A stretch of DNA of 64,000 nucleotides, taken from positions 3,286,001 through 3,350,000 of the forward strand of contig JBHGNT010000011.1 in assembly GCA_043228905.1 (NCBI GenBank), in the 5' to 3' direction. The notes under the pieces are model-generated. The model worked only from the letters and a program-made list of their open reading frames with translations. It made no database searches and was not told where the DNA came from. A program made the position numbers and the translations under genes. This DNA comes from Azolla caroliniana. Its lineage: Eukaryota > Plantae > Polypodiophyta. Shown piece by piece: positions 26,470-39,800 of the stretch. Each line of letters begins with the position of its first letter. Position 1 is the stretch's first letter.

Positions 26470-29400
26470 TGTTACATGCATGACCATATAATATCCCGTG
26501 GTTAGAATTTACCGTAGTATTCTATACACGTGGATAAGTGTGAGGGTTAAATGAGAGTGTAAAGAAGGGGAGGATTACTTTTAATCCTCGAGATTGAGAC
26601 AACCCATTAGGCCAAGTGTGAACATGGTAGGGGGCCTTGGGTATCGCTATAAATAGAGGCCTAGCTACCCTCATTTCATTATCTTGTTGACTACGTCGAG
26701 ACTCTGTCTTGTGGTGGGTCAACTCTTGTAGCGAGCGCGCCAGCACCAGGTACGACTCGACGCCACGGCGGTGGTATGGGATGCCGATCGAGGCTCGAGT
26801 CCGTCTCGATCCCTTCGCTCGGGGGTGGTCGGGTGGATCGACACCCTGCTTTCTCTCTCTCCTTTCTTTCTATCTACCTAGATCTATCCTTATCTAATGC
26901 TTACTTTAGTACATGTCTCTAATATTTGGTATCCGAGCCTATGTACTAATCTTTCTTTTGTTGGTCTTATCTTCTGGATGGATGGCGATCGATCGTTGTG
27001 CGGTTCGCCTTCATGCAGACAATGATCAAAAAGGAACTTCGGTAATCTTTCTTGTTATTTTTTGTCTATTTTTTCTTCACCCATCTAATCATGTGTATGG
27101 TTAATATGTAGATTATTTTCATTAATGAAATGATGTTGTAGTGGTATTTAATTGGTTATCTAAAACGCTGACATATGTGCACGAGGTCAATACCTTGTTT
27201 GACATATAAATAATATGTGATGAGTGTCGTATGCGTACAAGGTTAATACCTCAATTACGTATTACGTTCACGAACATATGTTACGTTTGCGTATGAGGTC
27301 AACACCTCGATTTTGTTGTAAATGATGTGTTTGGTCCCGTATGCGTAAGAGGTCAATACCTCAATTGCGTATTACGTTGAACCCTTATTTTTGGATGTCT
27401 CGTGTGCATAGAAGTATATGCCTCGATTACGTCATTTTTGGCTATTAAATATAACGATTTCTTTAATATAGGCATATGGGGTCACGTGTATACGTAGTTG
27501 ATCGTATATATGTGATAATACACATATGTGTATATAAGTTATTACGTGATTTTAAATCGAATGTTTTCCTTTTCGGGGAAAGGTTCTTGGTGGCCGTCCT
27601 CACATTTTTGTGAGAATCGTGTTGTCACCATCCCTTTTTTCAACAATTTTTTATTGTTGAAATCCCCGTTGGTGACTTCAATATTTTGTTACGTAAAGAA
27701 ACGCCAATAGCCATAATGATGTTGAGTACGTAGGGTTTGACCCACTTCATGTGAGGTCGCTCTTATGACACACGTATCCAACATCCCTCCCTCATTACAT
27801 GGATACGATGCCACCATGAGATCATTCTTACGAGAGGCATTCGTAATGACGTGACCATGTGATGGGCCACGTGGGCCTACTACGAAAAGAGGGCTCATTT
27901 GGCTTGACCATTAGGTTGCACTTTGGCGTATGCCATCGTAATTACGAGACTTGAGGTTAGGTAACGTACCAACATAGTTGTAGTAAATGAGGGCGAAATA
28001 AGGACTCTTGACATATATGTTTCTTTTAAAAAAACATATATGTGCAAATGCCTCGCATATCTCTTATACGTATGAAGCATTAAACATTCAAGAAGAGCAA
28101 CTTACTTGGTTGGATCAAATGTTAATGCATTTGTTCTCGAGGTCTCGAGTTCAAATATGACCAAGATCATACAACATCGTTGATACATATGATTATAACA
28201 CATGTTTAGACTTGAGGTCTAAGTGCAGTTCGGGGTCCTCGTAATAGGACTTAAAGAGCCGAAACCACATATGTGGGCACCGAAACATAGTTTATTGTTA
28301 ACATTTTTTTCGTGCATAAACTATTCATGACGCGAACATACATGGTTGAGCCTCGGGGAGCCACCATGAACAAATCTATATAGAGATCAGGGAAAGACAT
28401 TTATTTGTCACCCCCATGGTTTTTAAAACACCTTTGTGTTACCATAGTCACCTGATCTTGAACCTCATCTCATACGTCTAGAGGGGTATTGACGTGAGAT
28501 CATGATATCGATTAATGTTTGCCCATGATATGTTTACATCACGACATGATGTTATGACTATTTCTCTGACTTTATCCTATTTCTTTTCCAGAAATAATCT
28601 TTAATGGCTCAAATTAACGACCCGATGTCATCTGCTCAAGCGGAAGGAACTCAAGGGAATCCTCCTGGACAAATGTCCACTGAGATGTATTTGGCACAAA
28701 TAACCCAATACCTTAGTTTCACCGCTCAACAGATGACCGAACTTCGGCAATCTCAAAGTGGTCTCGAGGCATGTGTCATTAGTCTACAACGTGAGACTAA
28801 TAGACCTGATGAGCGACAAGGTGAACCATCATTTGTCGTTAAGCCATTTACGGGAGACAAAAAGGAAAGAACCGAAGAAGCAATCTGCACATGGTTGGGA
28901 CGATGGGAGTCTCATTTTGAGCTCTATCCCACGCCAGATAGTACGAAGATTGCATATGTCGGTTGAGAACTAGGGGGTAAGGCCGCCGCCTGGTGGCGTG
29001 GGCTCTGTTCTATGGGGAAATTGCCTGATACCTGGACATATTTTGTCACGGTTTTTAAGGGCCAATTTTTGCAACCTCCCTCTCGAACCAAGGCAACACA
29101 AGCTTTAATGAACCTCTCTAGCAGGAAATTTTCCTCGCTAGAAGACTATGTTCACGCTAGAAGACTATGTTCACCATGCTAGAACCCAAATCCAAAAATC
29201 GGGTCTAGAAGGGGACAATTAGTTAATAGCTTGTTTTGTCAATGGCATCCCCAATTCGGACTATCACTGGATAGAGCACGATAAGGATCCAAAATCCTTC
29301 GAAGAGGCCGTTGAAATAGTTTTTCGCTATCAATGTACTTCAAAGAAGGACCACAACAAACCCAACGAAGCGCCCGAGACTAAGCAGTCGCAATTCGCTT

Positions 29401-32400
29401 GGAAACGCAAGACACCCAACGAATTCACGGATCGCGATTGTAAGTGACAACATCCTTTTTGCGTTTTCTGCAAAAAGAAGGGTCATACAAAAGAGCAATG
29501 TCGAAAGCTCCAACGGAAAGAGCACGACGACAAAGCCAAAGATGCAGACCATAAAGGTCAGATTCCTAATGTCCTTCAGGTCTATCCACATCATTTAAGT
29601 AATTGTCAATGTTCTTTCCCTCACTATGTATTGGGTCCCAATGATTTACTACGTGCAAACGGGTATATCAATGGATCTCCCGTACAATTTTTATTTGATT
29701 CGGGAAGCTCACACAACTTTGTGAATGATCGTTTGGTTAAGATATGGGGAATCCAACCCACCGTAAGTGATCACACCTACACGGTGCACTTGGCTAATGG
29801 AAGAGTACAATACATCAACGGGGCGATTCATTCATTAGGAATTTCTATTGATACTTATATAGAGGAAGTAGACTTCCATGTAATGAATCTTTGTACCATC
29901 GATGTAATACTGGGTTATCCCTGGTTTTATAATAAAAACTCTTCTTTATTTATTGATTGGGTTTGTCATTCCATTTCTTTTGTACTAAATGATTGTACAC
30001 ATTTTATTCAATGTGTAAAAAAACAATCCCCCTCGATTGTTTCCTCGTGTCCCTCAATATCCGAGTTGTCTTGTTCTACTCTATTTTATTGTGTACTTGA
30101 TCCAGACATTCACGTTTACAATATTGATAATGTCTTGGTTCAATTAACATATTTTGAACAACAACAACTTGATGAAATCTTAAATGATTTTCGTGATGTT
30201 TTTCCGAGTGAACTACCAGATGGTTTACCTCCTAAACGTAATATAGACCATCGTATAGATATTGTACCTGGAGTTTCAGCAATAAGTATACCTCCTTATC
30301 GCTTAAGTCAATCTGAAGAGGATGAGGTATCTAAGCAACTCAAGGACTATTTATGAATGGGTTATATACATTATAGTAAATCTCCATGGGGTGCACCAGT
30401 TCTCTTAGTTAAAAAGAAAGAGGGCACATGGCGTATGTGTATTAATTACCGACGCTTGAATAAAGTGATGATCAAGAATTCGTATCCATTGCCCCGGGCT
30501 GATGATCTAATTGACCGTCTCCAGGGATCCCGGTATTTTACGAAACTTGATCTCCGTATTGGCTACCATCAAATTCGTATAAGTGAGGACGATGTTCCTA
30601 AAATGGTATTTCATACGCGCTTTGGTTATGCCTTTTGGTTTGACCAATGCTCCAGCTACATTTCAACAAAAAATGAATGACATTTTCCGAGAACAACTTG
30701 GCAAATTTGTCGTTATTTTCTTGGATGATATTTTAGTTTATAGCCATACATTACTAGAACATGCTAAACATGTCCGCTTTGTTTTACAAACATTGTGTGA
30801 CAAACAATTTTATGCAAAGATCTCAAAATGTGAGTTCTTCAAGAAATCAATTACTTATCTTGGACATCTCATAACCAAATGAGGAGTTGAAATTGATCCT
30901 TCTCGCATCGAGAAAATCAAGCTTTGGCCCACTCTTCGGAACATTCGAGAAGTTTGATCATTCCTTGGTTTTGTCGGCTTTTTGCGAAAATCCCTTCGTA
31001 ATTACTCCCAATTGACAACGCCGTTCACTAATCTTCTGAAAGGTCAAACGCGTAAGTCTACAAAACCTATTGTGTGGAATGCTACACTAGACCTTGCCTT
31101 TAAGGAACTCAAGGACCTGGTATGCAAGGCTCCTTCACTTCTTTTACCCGATCCTTCAAAACCTTTTGAGGTTGAAACCGATGCAAGTGATTATGCTATA
31201 GGTGCTGTCTTATATCAAGATGGTAAACCAATAGCATTCGAGAGTAAGAAACTTGATTCTGCTCAATGTCGGTATACCGTTCAAGAAAAGGAATTATTTG
31301 TAGTTATACATGCACTCAAAACATGGCGCCATTATCTTTATGGAAATCACTTTGTGGTAACTACGGACCACGAGTCCTTGAAATATTTTTGTGACCAACA
31401 AGACCTGAAAGGTCGTAAGGCACAATGGGCTGATCTCATCCAGGTCTTTGATTTTTTTATACGATATTGTAAAGGTTCCATGAATACAGTTGTCGATGTA
31501 CTAAGTCGCATACGTGAAGTTAACATGCTTAGCTTCACTGAAATAACATCAGATCTTTATGATCACCTTCAAGGAAAGTATCCTGATGACAGTTATTTTG
31601 CAAAATACTGGGCAAGAGTTGAGTCTGGACCAGACACCACCACATCCTCGAAGGAATACTTCCACATTGCTAACGGTTTGCTCTACCGTAATGGGAAGGT
31701 TTGTGTTCCAGATTTACCTGAGGTAAAAAAGAGGATTCTTTTTGAATGCCATGATGCACCCTCAGCAGGGCACCCTGGAATACATCCTACACTCGCTCTC
31801 ATCTCCACTCAATTTTATTGGCCTAAGATGCGCCCTGACATACATAGCTATGTGACTAAATGTCACCAATGTCAGGTTAACAAAGACGAGCGACTTAAAG
31901 CCCCTGGACTCTTACATCCCTTGGACATTCCAAATAATAAGTGGGAAAGTATATCCATGGATTTTATTGTTAGCCTTCCTCGCACCCAAAAAGGCCATGA
32001 TGCCATCTAGGTTGTGGTTGATCGACTAACTAAAATGGCTAGATTTATTGCTACTAAAACCAGGGCAATAGCTCTTGAATTGGCTTACCAATTCATTGAC
32101 GAATTGTTTCGTTTTTATGGGTTACCGATGGATATCGTGAGTGATCGAGATCCAAAATTTACTAGTGACTTCTGGACGCAAGTCTTTAAGAAGTTAGAAA
32201 CTACGTTGAGCATGAGCTCCAGGGATTATCCTCAATCCGATGGACAAATAGAACGAGTAAATCAAACTATTGAGGACATGCTTCGAGCATATGTTGGTGC
32301 AAAACCAACAAATGGGAACGTCATCTCCCAATTTTGGAGTTTGCTTATAACAGCTCCAAGCATACGTCGATGGGATATAGTCCTTTTATGTTGATGTATG

Positions 32401-33446
32401 GTTTTCAGCCACGAGCCCCGATTGATGTTACTATACATCATGATGAGTTGCGAAGTACGCAAAAATTTCTTCGGGATATGCAAGATATGTTGTATATTGC
32501 ACGAGATAATATAAAAACAGCTCAAGATAGAGCCCGTTTTTATGCCGATCATCATAGGCAACCTCGTGTATTCAACCTTGGATATTGTCTACGGGTAAGT
32601 GCGCTAAGTTAACCCCACAGTTTTGTGGACCTTTTACAGTCCTCAAACGCATTGGGTCATAAGCCTATCGTCTCGCTCTTCCTGATGGTGTTGGAATTCA
32701 TCCAATCTTTCCTGTGAGTCGTCTAAAAGAACTTCTAGGTTCTGGCGATAATACAGTTACAACTGAAACTCTGGTTACTTCTAAAGATTTATCTTCTAAA
32801 CCACATGTACTAGAAAGAATTCTCGATGTTAAAACAAAAAAATTACGTACTAAAGAAATCCGAGAATTTAAAATAAAATGGATGGATAAATCAATAAAAG
32901 ATGCCACATGGGAACGTGAGAATACTCTCAGAACTAACTTCCGTAACTTTCCATTACAAGAGTGCAATGTTTTAAAGAGGGGGAATATGTTACGGGCATG
33001 ACCATATAATATCATGTGGTCAGAATTTACTGTAGTATTCTATACACGTGGATAAGTGTGAGGGTTAAATGAGAGTGTAAAGAAGGGGAGGATTACTTTT
33101 AATCCTCGGGATTGAGACAACCCATTAGGCCAAGTGTGAACATGGCTGGGGGCGTTGGGTATCGCTATAAATAGAGGCCTAGCTACCCTCAATTCATTAT
33201 CTTGTTGATTACGTCGAGACTCTGTCTTGTGGTGGGTCAACTCTTGTAGCGAGCGCGCCAGCACCAGTTACGACTCGACGTCACGACGGTGGTATGGGAT
33301 GCCGATCGAGGCTCGAGTCCGTCTTGATCCCTTCGCTCGGGGGTGGTCGGGTGGATCGGCACCCTTCTCTCTCTCTCTCTCTCCTTTCTTTCTATCTACC
33401 TAGATCTATCCTTATCTAATGCTTACTTTAGTACATGTCTCTAATA
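26470..33446 (+). mobile_element. Element E: full-length Gypsy chromovirus with iMet-type PBS, inserted in gag of C
   Basis: LTRs 26470-26924 and 32988-33446; TSD GCCAT/GCCGT; PBS TGGTATCCGAGCC 26927-26939; PPT 32974-32987. Gag starts at 28604, then CVFCKKKGHTKEQC knuckle, LFDSGSS protease, FLDDIL RT, RNase H, integrase and chromodomain (ERILD...KIKW...DATWE). Several stops. Confidence 0.95.
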
Positions 33447-34551
33447 GCCGTCCTAGTGCAATCGGTGTCTCCAAAACTAGCTTGAAACTCCTTAACGAAT
33501 ACTTCGAAATCCTCCAACAATGGTGATTTCTTCTCGAGAAGTGGTGCAAACCATGCTAATGTTGTACCGCTTAGTAAGGTTCCTACTAATCCCACATGAG
33601 GAGCATCAGTTGGGTACCGATTGGGATATAATTGAATCACCAAACGGACTTGATTCAGGAAACCTCGAAACAGAGATCTGGTACCATCAAACTTGGTGGG
33701 GAGGCTAATCTTTGGTTCCCTTGGGGAGTTTTGAGCCCCCGCCGCTTGTTCTCGTAATGTTAATATAGTAGCCATGAGTTTATGTACCTGTTGTGATAGC
33801 TTCTCATATTCAGATGAGCTTTCTCGGTACTCACTTGTTGTAGATCCTCGAGTAGCCTTTGATTTTCTTGCTCTAATGCCACAAACTTAGTCGTGAGCAT
33901 GTCAAGCTCGGAAAGGACACACATATACTCTTGCTTGTTGACGGTGTCGTGTTATTACTTGCGTGCGTGTAGAATGAGGCGGGACCGCGGGGGTCTTGGT
34001 TCGAGGAACAAGAGAGTGGGAGGGGAGCAAGAGAGACAACGGCCGTGCTTCGGACACGCACAAATACACAGAAACCGCAACTGATTGAGACAAGATGAAC
34101 GTGTGTAGGTGTATGTATATATACCAGATAAAAGGGGTTACAACCGGCGGGCCGGTGAACGACGAGCTCTCACGCCTCCACGCACACGCACACACACACA
34201 CACACGTGAGATGGAGACTCAGTCGGAAGCACTTGGGCGTTCTGCGGAGCAGAGTCAGCCTCCCGAAAACTTGCACAGAGCAAATACAGAGAAAGACCGA
34301 GAAGAAGAGCTCGGTCTCAGTCCGTTAGCACTTCGTCCTCGACAAAAGCGATCCCCATTATGATTCCTCTCCCTCTCTTTCCTACGCACCCATACTGGCA
34401 TACCACTTCTTCGATCAGAAATTGGCACACGGCCGCGGTCGTTTTGTTCGGCAACGCTCGGCCTTCCACCTGGTTTGTCAGGTCCTCTGGAGCCAGCACC
34501 AGATATCACATCTTCCCTACCCCAATTGGCATCGTCACCAGATCCACCATC

Positions 34552-35053
34552 TGTCGAGACTCGTGGGTAGAAGATAGAGTGAGAGCGAGAGTGAGAGCGA
34601 AAGAGAGAGGGTGTGTGTGTGTGTGCGTGAGAGAGAGAGAGAGAGTGAGAGAGATAAGACTTGAAATAGAAATGAGATTATATTATGATGAAACAAGATT
34701 ACAATGAGTAGGCTAAAGGCTAAAGACTGGTGTTGAATCGAATGAGTTGAAACGAATGTATAGACAGTTATTTATAGGTCCTTATGGAGTAATCTAGAAT
34801 GTTCTAGAATATTTTAGATTTTATGATAAGAAATATAATCATGAAATATTAAAGGATGTTCTAGAATCATCTAGAATGTTCTAGAATAATCTAGAATGTT
34901 CTAGAATGTTCTAGAATATTCTAATATCTTGTAATAACACATAATTATTATAATCACACAACATATATGTTATTACAATGGTTAAGGGTTCAACACATAG
35001 ACCAAGAAGTCGTGGGTTCGATTCTTGATAACCAAAATGTTGTCTTCATGACA
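34552..35053 (-). mobile_element. Solo LTR of a C-related family inserted in the integrase of I
   Basis: TG...CA ends, perfect TSD CCATC (34547-34551/35054-35058), collinear with the C LTRs including the (TCTAGAATGT)n repeats. Confidence 0.93.
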
Positions 35054-36861
35054 CCATCCACTTGAAGTGGATGGTTGGAGGGTAGGTTGGGTGGAGCTCG
35101 TCCCGATGTCGGACTATGGAGTGCATCTGACAGCTTTCGCAAGTCGTCACGAACTGATGCACGTCCCGGTATAGTCCCGGCCAACAGTACTTCCCCTTCA
35201 GCTTCTCGAATGTGGTCCACATCCCGCGGTGCACAACCTAGGGACTTTCGTGCTACGCCGCCAACAATTTCTCCTGCTCCTCTTTCTTTGCCACCACCCG
35301 GAGCGGAACGCCGTTTCTCTTCTTCAGGTGTTTCCAGATGCACCCATCTCTCAGGAAGAATCGATATGCTTTCTTGAGAACCCGGTTAGTCTCTTCCTTC
35401 GTCCACGCCATGCCGGGTGTCATTGTCTTCAATAACCCGCCGATCCGGAGCCACTCCCCACCGTACTTGCTCTCGTCAAACTTGTTAAGCGCCGGAGTGC
35501 TCCCCTTCCTTGTTGTCACGTAAGCCGACTCGAAGAAGTCCACGCCGACTTCTTCGTCCTCCGAAACCATGCCGTCCTCATCATCGAATCTCGCCCTTGA
35601 AAGCATGTCGGCCATGGCGTTGTCTTTTCCGGAAATGTGCCATATTTCCGGAATCAGGCACTTGATGTACACTATCCACCTGAGCATTGCTAGGTTCTGT
35701 GTCGTGCATCCAGAAACCAGACTGAGAATTGGTAGACAATCCATCTCAATTATCACCTCTATCCCAATCAGGTAGTCTTTGTCGGCCTTGGCCGCCGAAA
35801 CGATACCCTAGAGTTTGCGTTTAACCTGGGAGTATCCTCGTTGTCGTTCACTGAGGACTTTTGCACCAAACCGAATGGGGAACCTCGTGCCGTTCTCATC
35901 CTCCTAGTTGATTACCGATCTAATTCCGGTCGGACTCGTGTCTACGGTCATGTAAATCGGAATGTCTTTACCGTAGACCACTTTTCGGAGTGTCGGTGCC
36001 GCATCAAGTGCTTCTTTCATTCTCCGGTACACATCCGTACTAGGCCGAGGGGAGTCCGCATCGTCGTAATTTCCCTGCTCTCCACGGCTAGCTGGAACTG
36101 ATCGTATCCCGAGTACAGATCACCGACCGAGTAAATTGACCTTCCGGTGAAGGCCTCCGCGAACTCGTCTATGGTCGGTCCAATTCCTGCGTTCCGAATG
36201 GTCACCTTGTTGATCGGCTGTAGGTCCTGAATGAAGCGCAGCGTGCCGTTCTTCTTGGGCCTAGTAAACCACCGATTAGAATACAGGGCACTCGATGGTT
36301 CGAGGATATGCCCATATCCACCTTCTGTTTCAGCAACTCCATCAACTTCAAGATGTGAGCTCTAGGAATTGGAATCGGTTTGAGATTCCACGGTACATGT
36401 GGTATTGTGAAGATCACCATCGGTTCCACAATCGTCGGGTCTACGCACCTGATCTCCTCCGGCGAGAATGCAAAGGCCTTTCCGTGCCTCTCGAGCATTC
36501 TCCGAAACCGGCTCTCCTTCGTCGGCAGTAGAAAGCCGCCTCTCGTAGCGTTTTATCGGTGAATCAGTGTCCTATGCCAGCCGGATCTCGTAAACTTGGG
36601 TTTGACACGACCCCCTTCATCCGTAACTCGCTGCCCTCCGGCAAGGGTGCCGCGACTGGCCTCACCTTCCAGTCCACAGTCTTGTACTTCGTATCCACTC
36701 GAGCCGTCCGATCTGACTCGAGTCCTCTACCGAAGTCGGCAATGACTTCGTACGTCTTTTCCGTACATACCGGAATCATCTGGTCTCCACTAAGGCCCTC
36801 TCCAAACACCTCCCGTAGCCTCCCCAAGGTGTCGTCGAAAGAGACCGCCTCCATGGCTCCG

Positions 36862-39800
36862 TGTCAGGAATAGTACTAAAGCAGAGATGGAATTAGTACT
36901 AAAGAACAACAATACTATTAGTACTAAGAGGACAGGACTGCGTAAGATTCCCGAGAGAGGAAGTGAGAAGAGGAGAGAGAGAGATAGCGAGAATGAGAGA
37001 GAGAGAGAGAGATGATGACAACAACTAATATATTATGTGAAAAGATAAGTACAAGCGGCTAAGAGGCTTAAGACTGGCGTTGAACCTATTTGGTTCAAAA
37101 CAATGCCTTGTGCCTCCTTTTATAGTGTTTTTAGGAATAATCCTGAAGCTTCTAGAATGTTCCAGAGAGATCTGGAATATACATCAATTTTCTATGATAA
37201 AGCATAAATGAAAATAATATCCTACAAAATACAATTCATCGTCTAATGGTAAGAGCTCGACCCATGTAGCATAAGGTCATGGGTTTGAGTCTTGCCATAT
37301 CATGACACTATCTTCCCCTTAAAGACGACGAGTGGAACAAGTCAGCGCTAATTGCGGATCGGGTTTGTCCGGATACTTTCGGTGGAAATCAGCAAGAAGA
37401 TCTTGTGCATTGGCAACATGCTCGACGGGTTCCCAAGTACGTTCGCTCGGACTATAACCGAGCCAATCGACCAAGAAATAAAGTTTGTTGCGAACAAGTT
37501 TGGAATCGAGGATGGCAGCAACTTCATACTCTGGGCCGGCGTCCAACTCCAGCGGGGGCGGCGGTGGTGTCACACGATCGGGAATGGTGTTTGCTTTATA
37601 AGGTTCAAGAAGAGAACAATGGAAAACCGGATGTATCTGAAGCTGCGGAGGGAGATCAAGGCGGAAGGTGACATCATTAATCTTCCCTGTAATACGGAAA
37701 GGACCGAGTCGTCGATAATCCAACTTGTCGCACGATCGAGTAGTCTTGATGTGACGACGTAAGAGCCATACTCGATCTCCGATGGCAAAAGAGGAGGGAA
37801 TCCGATGACGATCCGCATAAGTCTTCTGTGTGTGTTGAGCATGACGAAGGTGAGTAGAGAGATCCATCTGGATCTTGCGTAGCCTCTCCAAATGATCCTC
37901 GGCACGAGGGTTGGTAGGTAGCTCCGGAGTGTCGATCACCGACTAGCGAGGATGGAAACCGGTATAAGCGAAAAATGGGGAGACCTGAGTCGAGGAGTGA
38001 ATAGCATTATTATATGCAAACTCCGCAAAGTGGAGAATCTCGGCCCAATCGTCCTGTTGATAACTCAAGAAACACCGGAGATATTGCTCCAGCGTTTGGT
38101 TTGTTCGTTCTGCCTGTCCGTCGGTTTGAGGATGGTAGCCGGAGGAGAGGTTGCAGGAGACCTTGAGCATCTTGAAGAGATGCTGCCAAAATTTGGAGAC
38201 AAATTGCGGGCCTCGGTCACTGATAATACTGTCTGGGAGGCCATGATGCCGAAATACCTCACGCATAACAAGAGCGGCGGTTTCCTCGCTAGTGATGGCT
38301 TTAGTACATGGCACAAAATGTGCCATCTTCGTATATCGATCGACCACGGTTAGGATAGCATCGAACCCCTTCGAGACTGGCAGATTTGTGATAAAATCAA
38401 GACAAATAGACTGCCATGGCTTACTTGGAATCGGTAAAGGTTCCAACAAGCCATATGGATGGTGTCGTGGCATCTTTGCTCAGCAGCAAGCATCACAGGT
38501 CCGAACGTAGTCGTCGACAAAACGTCGCATGTGGGGCCACCAAAAAGATCGTTGCACTAGCTCTAACGTCTTAGTACTACCGAAATGTCCCGCCGTATGG
38601 GTGTCGTGACAATGTTGGACGATTTGAAGGCGACAGGAGCAATCGGGGACATATACGCGCTTTTTAAAGAATAACAAACCATCATGATATTCAAATTGTT
38701 GGTAGTCAATACCTGGTTGTTGAGACTGAGAGCAGGATGCCCGAGAAGTATCAATGTGCGCCAGGATGTCTTGAGCAAAACTATCCGTCTTCAAGGTTGC
38801 ACGTATGTCATCGGTAATCCGTGAATCCATCGGGGTGTGAAAAATCCGCGTCGTGTGCAATCGTGTTGGTCCCAAGATTACTTGCTTTTGATTATCAAAT
38901 GTTGCGTCACCAGGACGAGGTGCAAGATATGAACGCCGTGATAGTGCATCTGCTTTTCCTGGCTGCTTCCCCTGTCGATATGTGATTTTGAAGTCGAAAC
39001 GGGTGAGGAATTGCGCCCATCGAGCTTGCCGTCGATTTAGTACGCGAGCGTTCTGAAAATAAGCAAGATTTTTATGATCGCTAAAGACAATGACCTGATG
39101 TGGAGAGCCCTCTAAGAAATGTCGCCATTGTACAAATGAATCCACGATGGCTAATAACTCCTTGTCATGTATTTCGTAGTTGATTTCTGCGACATCGAAT
39201 TTGCACGAATGGAAAGCCACCGGATGCAACTCTTCTTTATCGCCTTGTTGAGAAAGGATGCTACCAAGGGAGAAATCTGATGCGTCGGCCTCCATGATGA
39301 ATGGTTTGCTTGTATCCACGTGAGCTAGAATCGGTGCTGATGTAAAGGCTTTCTTAAGATGCCGAAAAGCCATATTTGCTTCTATGGACCAAAGAAATGC
39401 TTGGCCCTTCTTCATAAGTTGTGTGAGAGGTAAAATAATCTTCGAGTAATCCTGTATAAACTTACGGTAGAAGTTAGCAAAACCTAGAAAACATTGTACA
39501 TCTCGTATCGACCGTGGAATTTGCCACTCTAGTACAGTTTGGATTTTAGCTGGATCCATGGCGATGCCCTTTGAGGAGATGACGTAGCCTAGAAATTCCA
39601 CTTGCTTGCAGTCAAAGCTACATTTTTCTAGCTTGGCATAAAGACCATTCTCGCGGAGTTGCTTTAGTACTAATAGTACATGAGAATCGTGCTCTTCCTG
39701 GGTCTTCAAATAAATCAACAGATCATCTAGATAAATGATCAAACAGATATCCAAGAGGTCTCTGAATATATCATTTGCCATGTGTTGGAAGACTGCGGGT

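Noticed and set aside
27175-27432. CRISPR-like repeat/spacer appearance
   Set aside because: Eukaryotic retroelement leader, degenerate repeats, spacers related to each other and no cas genes; kept only as a hairpin array.
37232-37300. Annotating the LTR modules as true tRNA genes
   Set aside because: No convincing acceptor or anticodon stem; only the A/B boxes and their spacing are tRNA-like.
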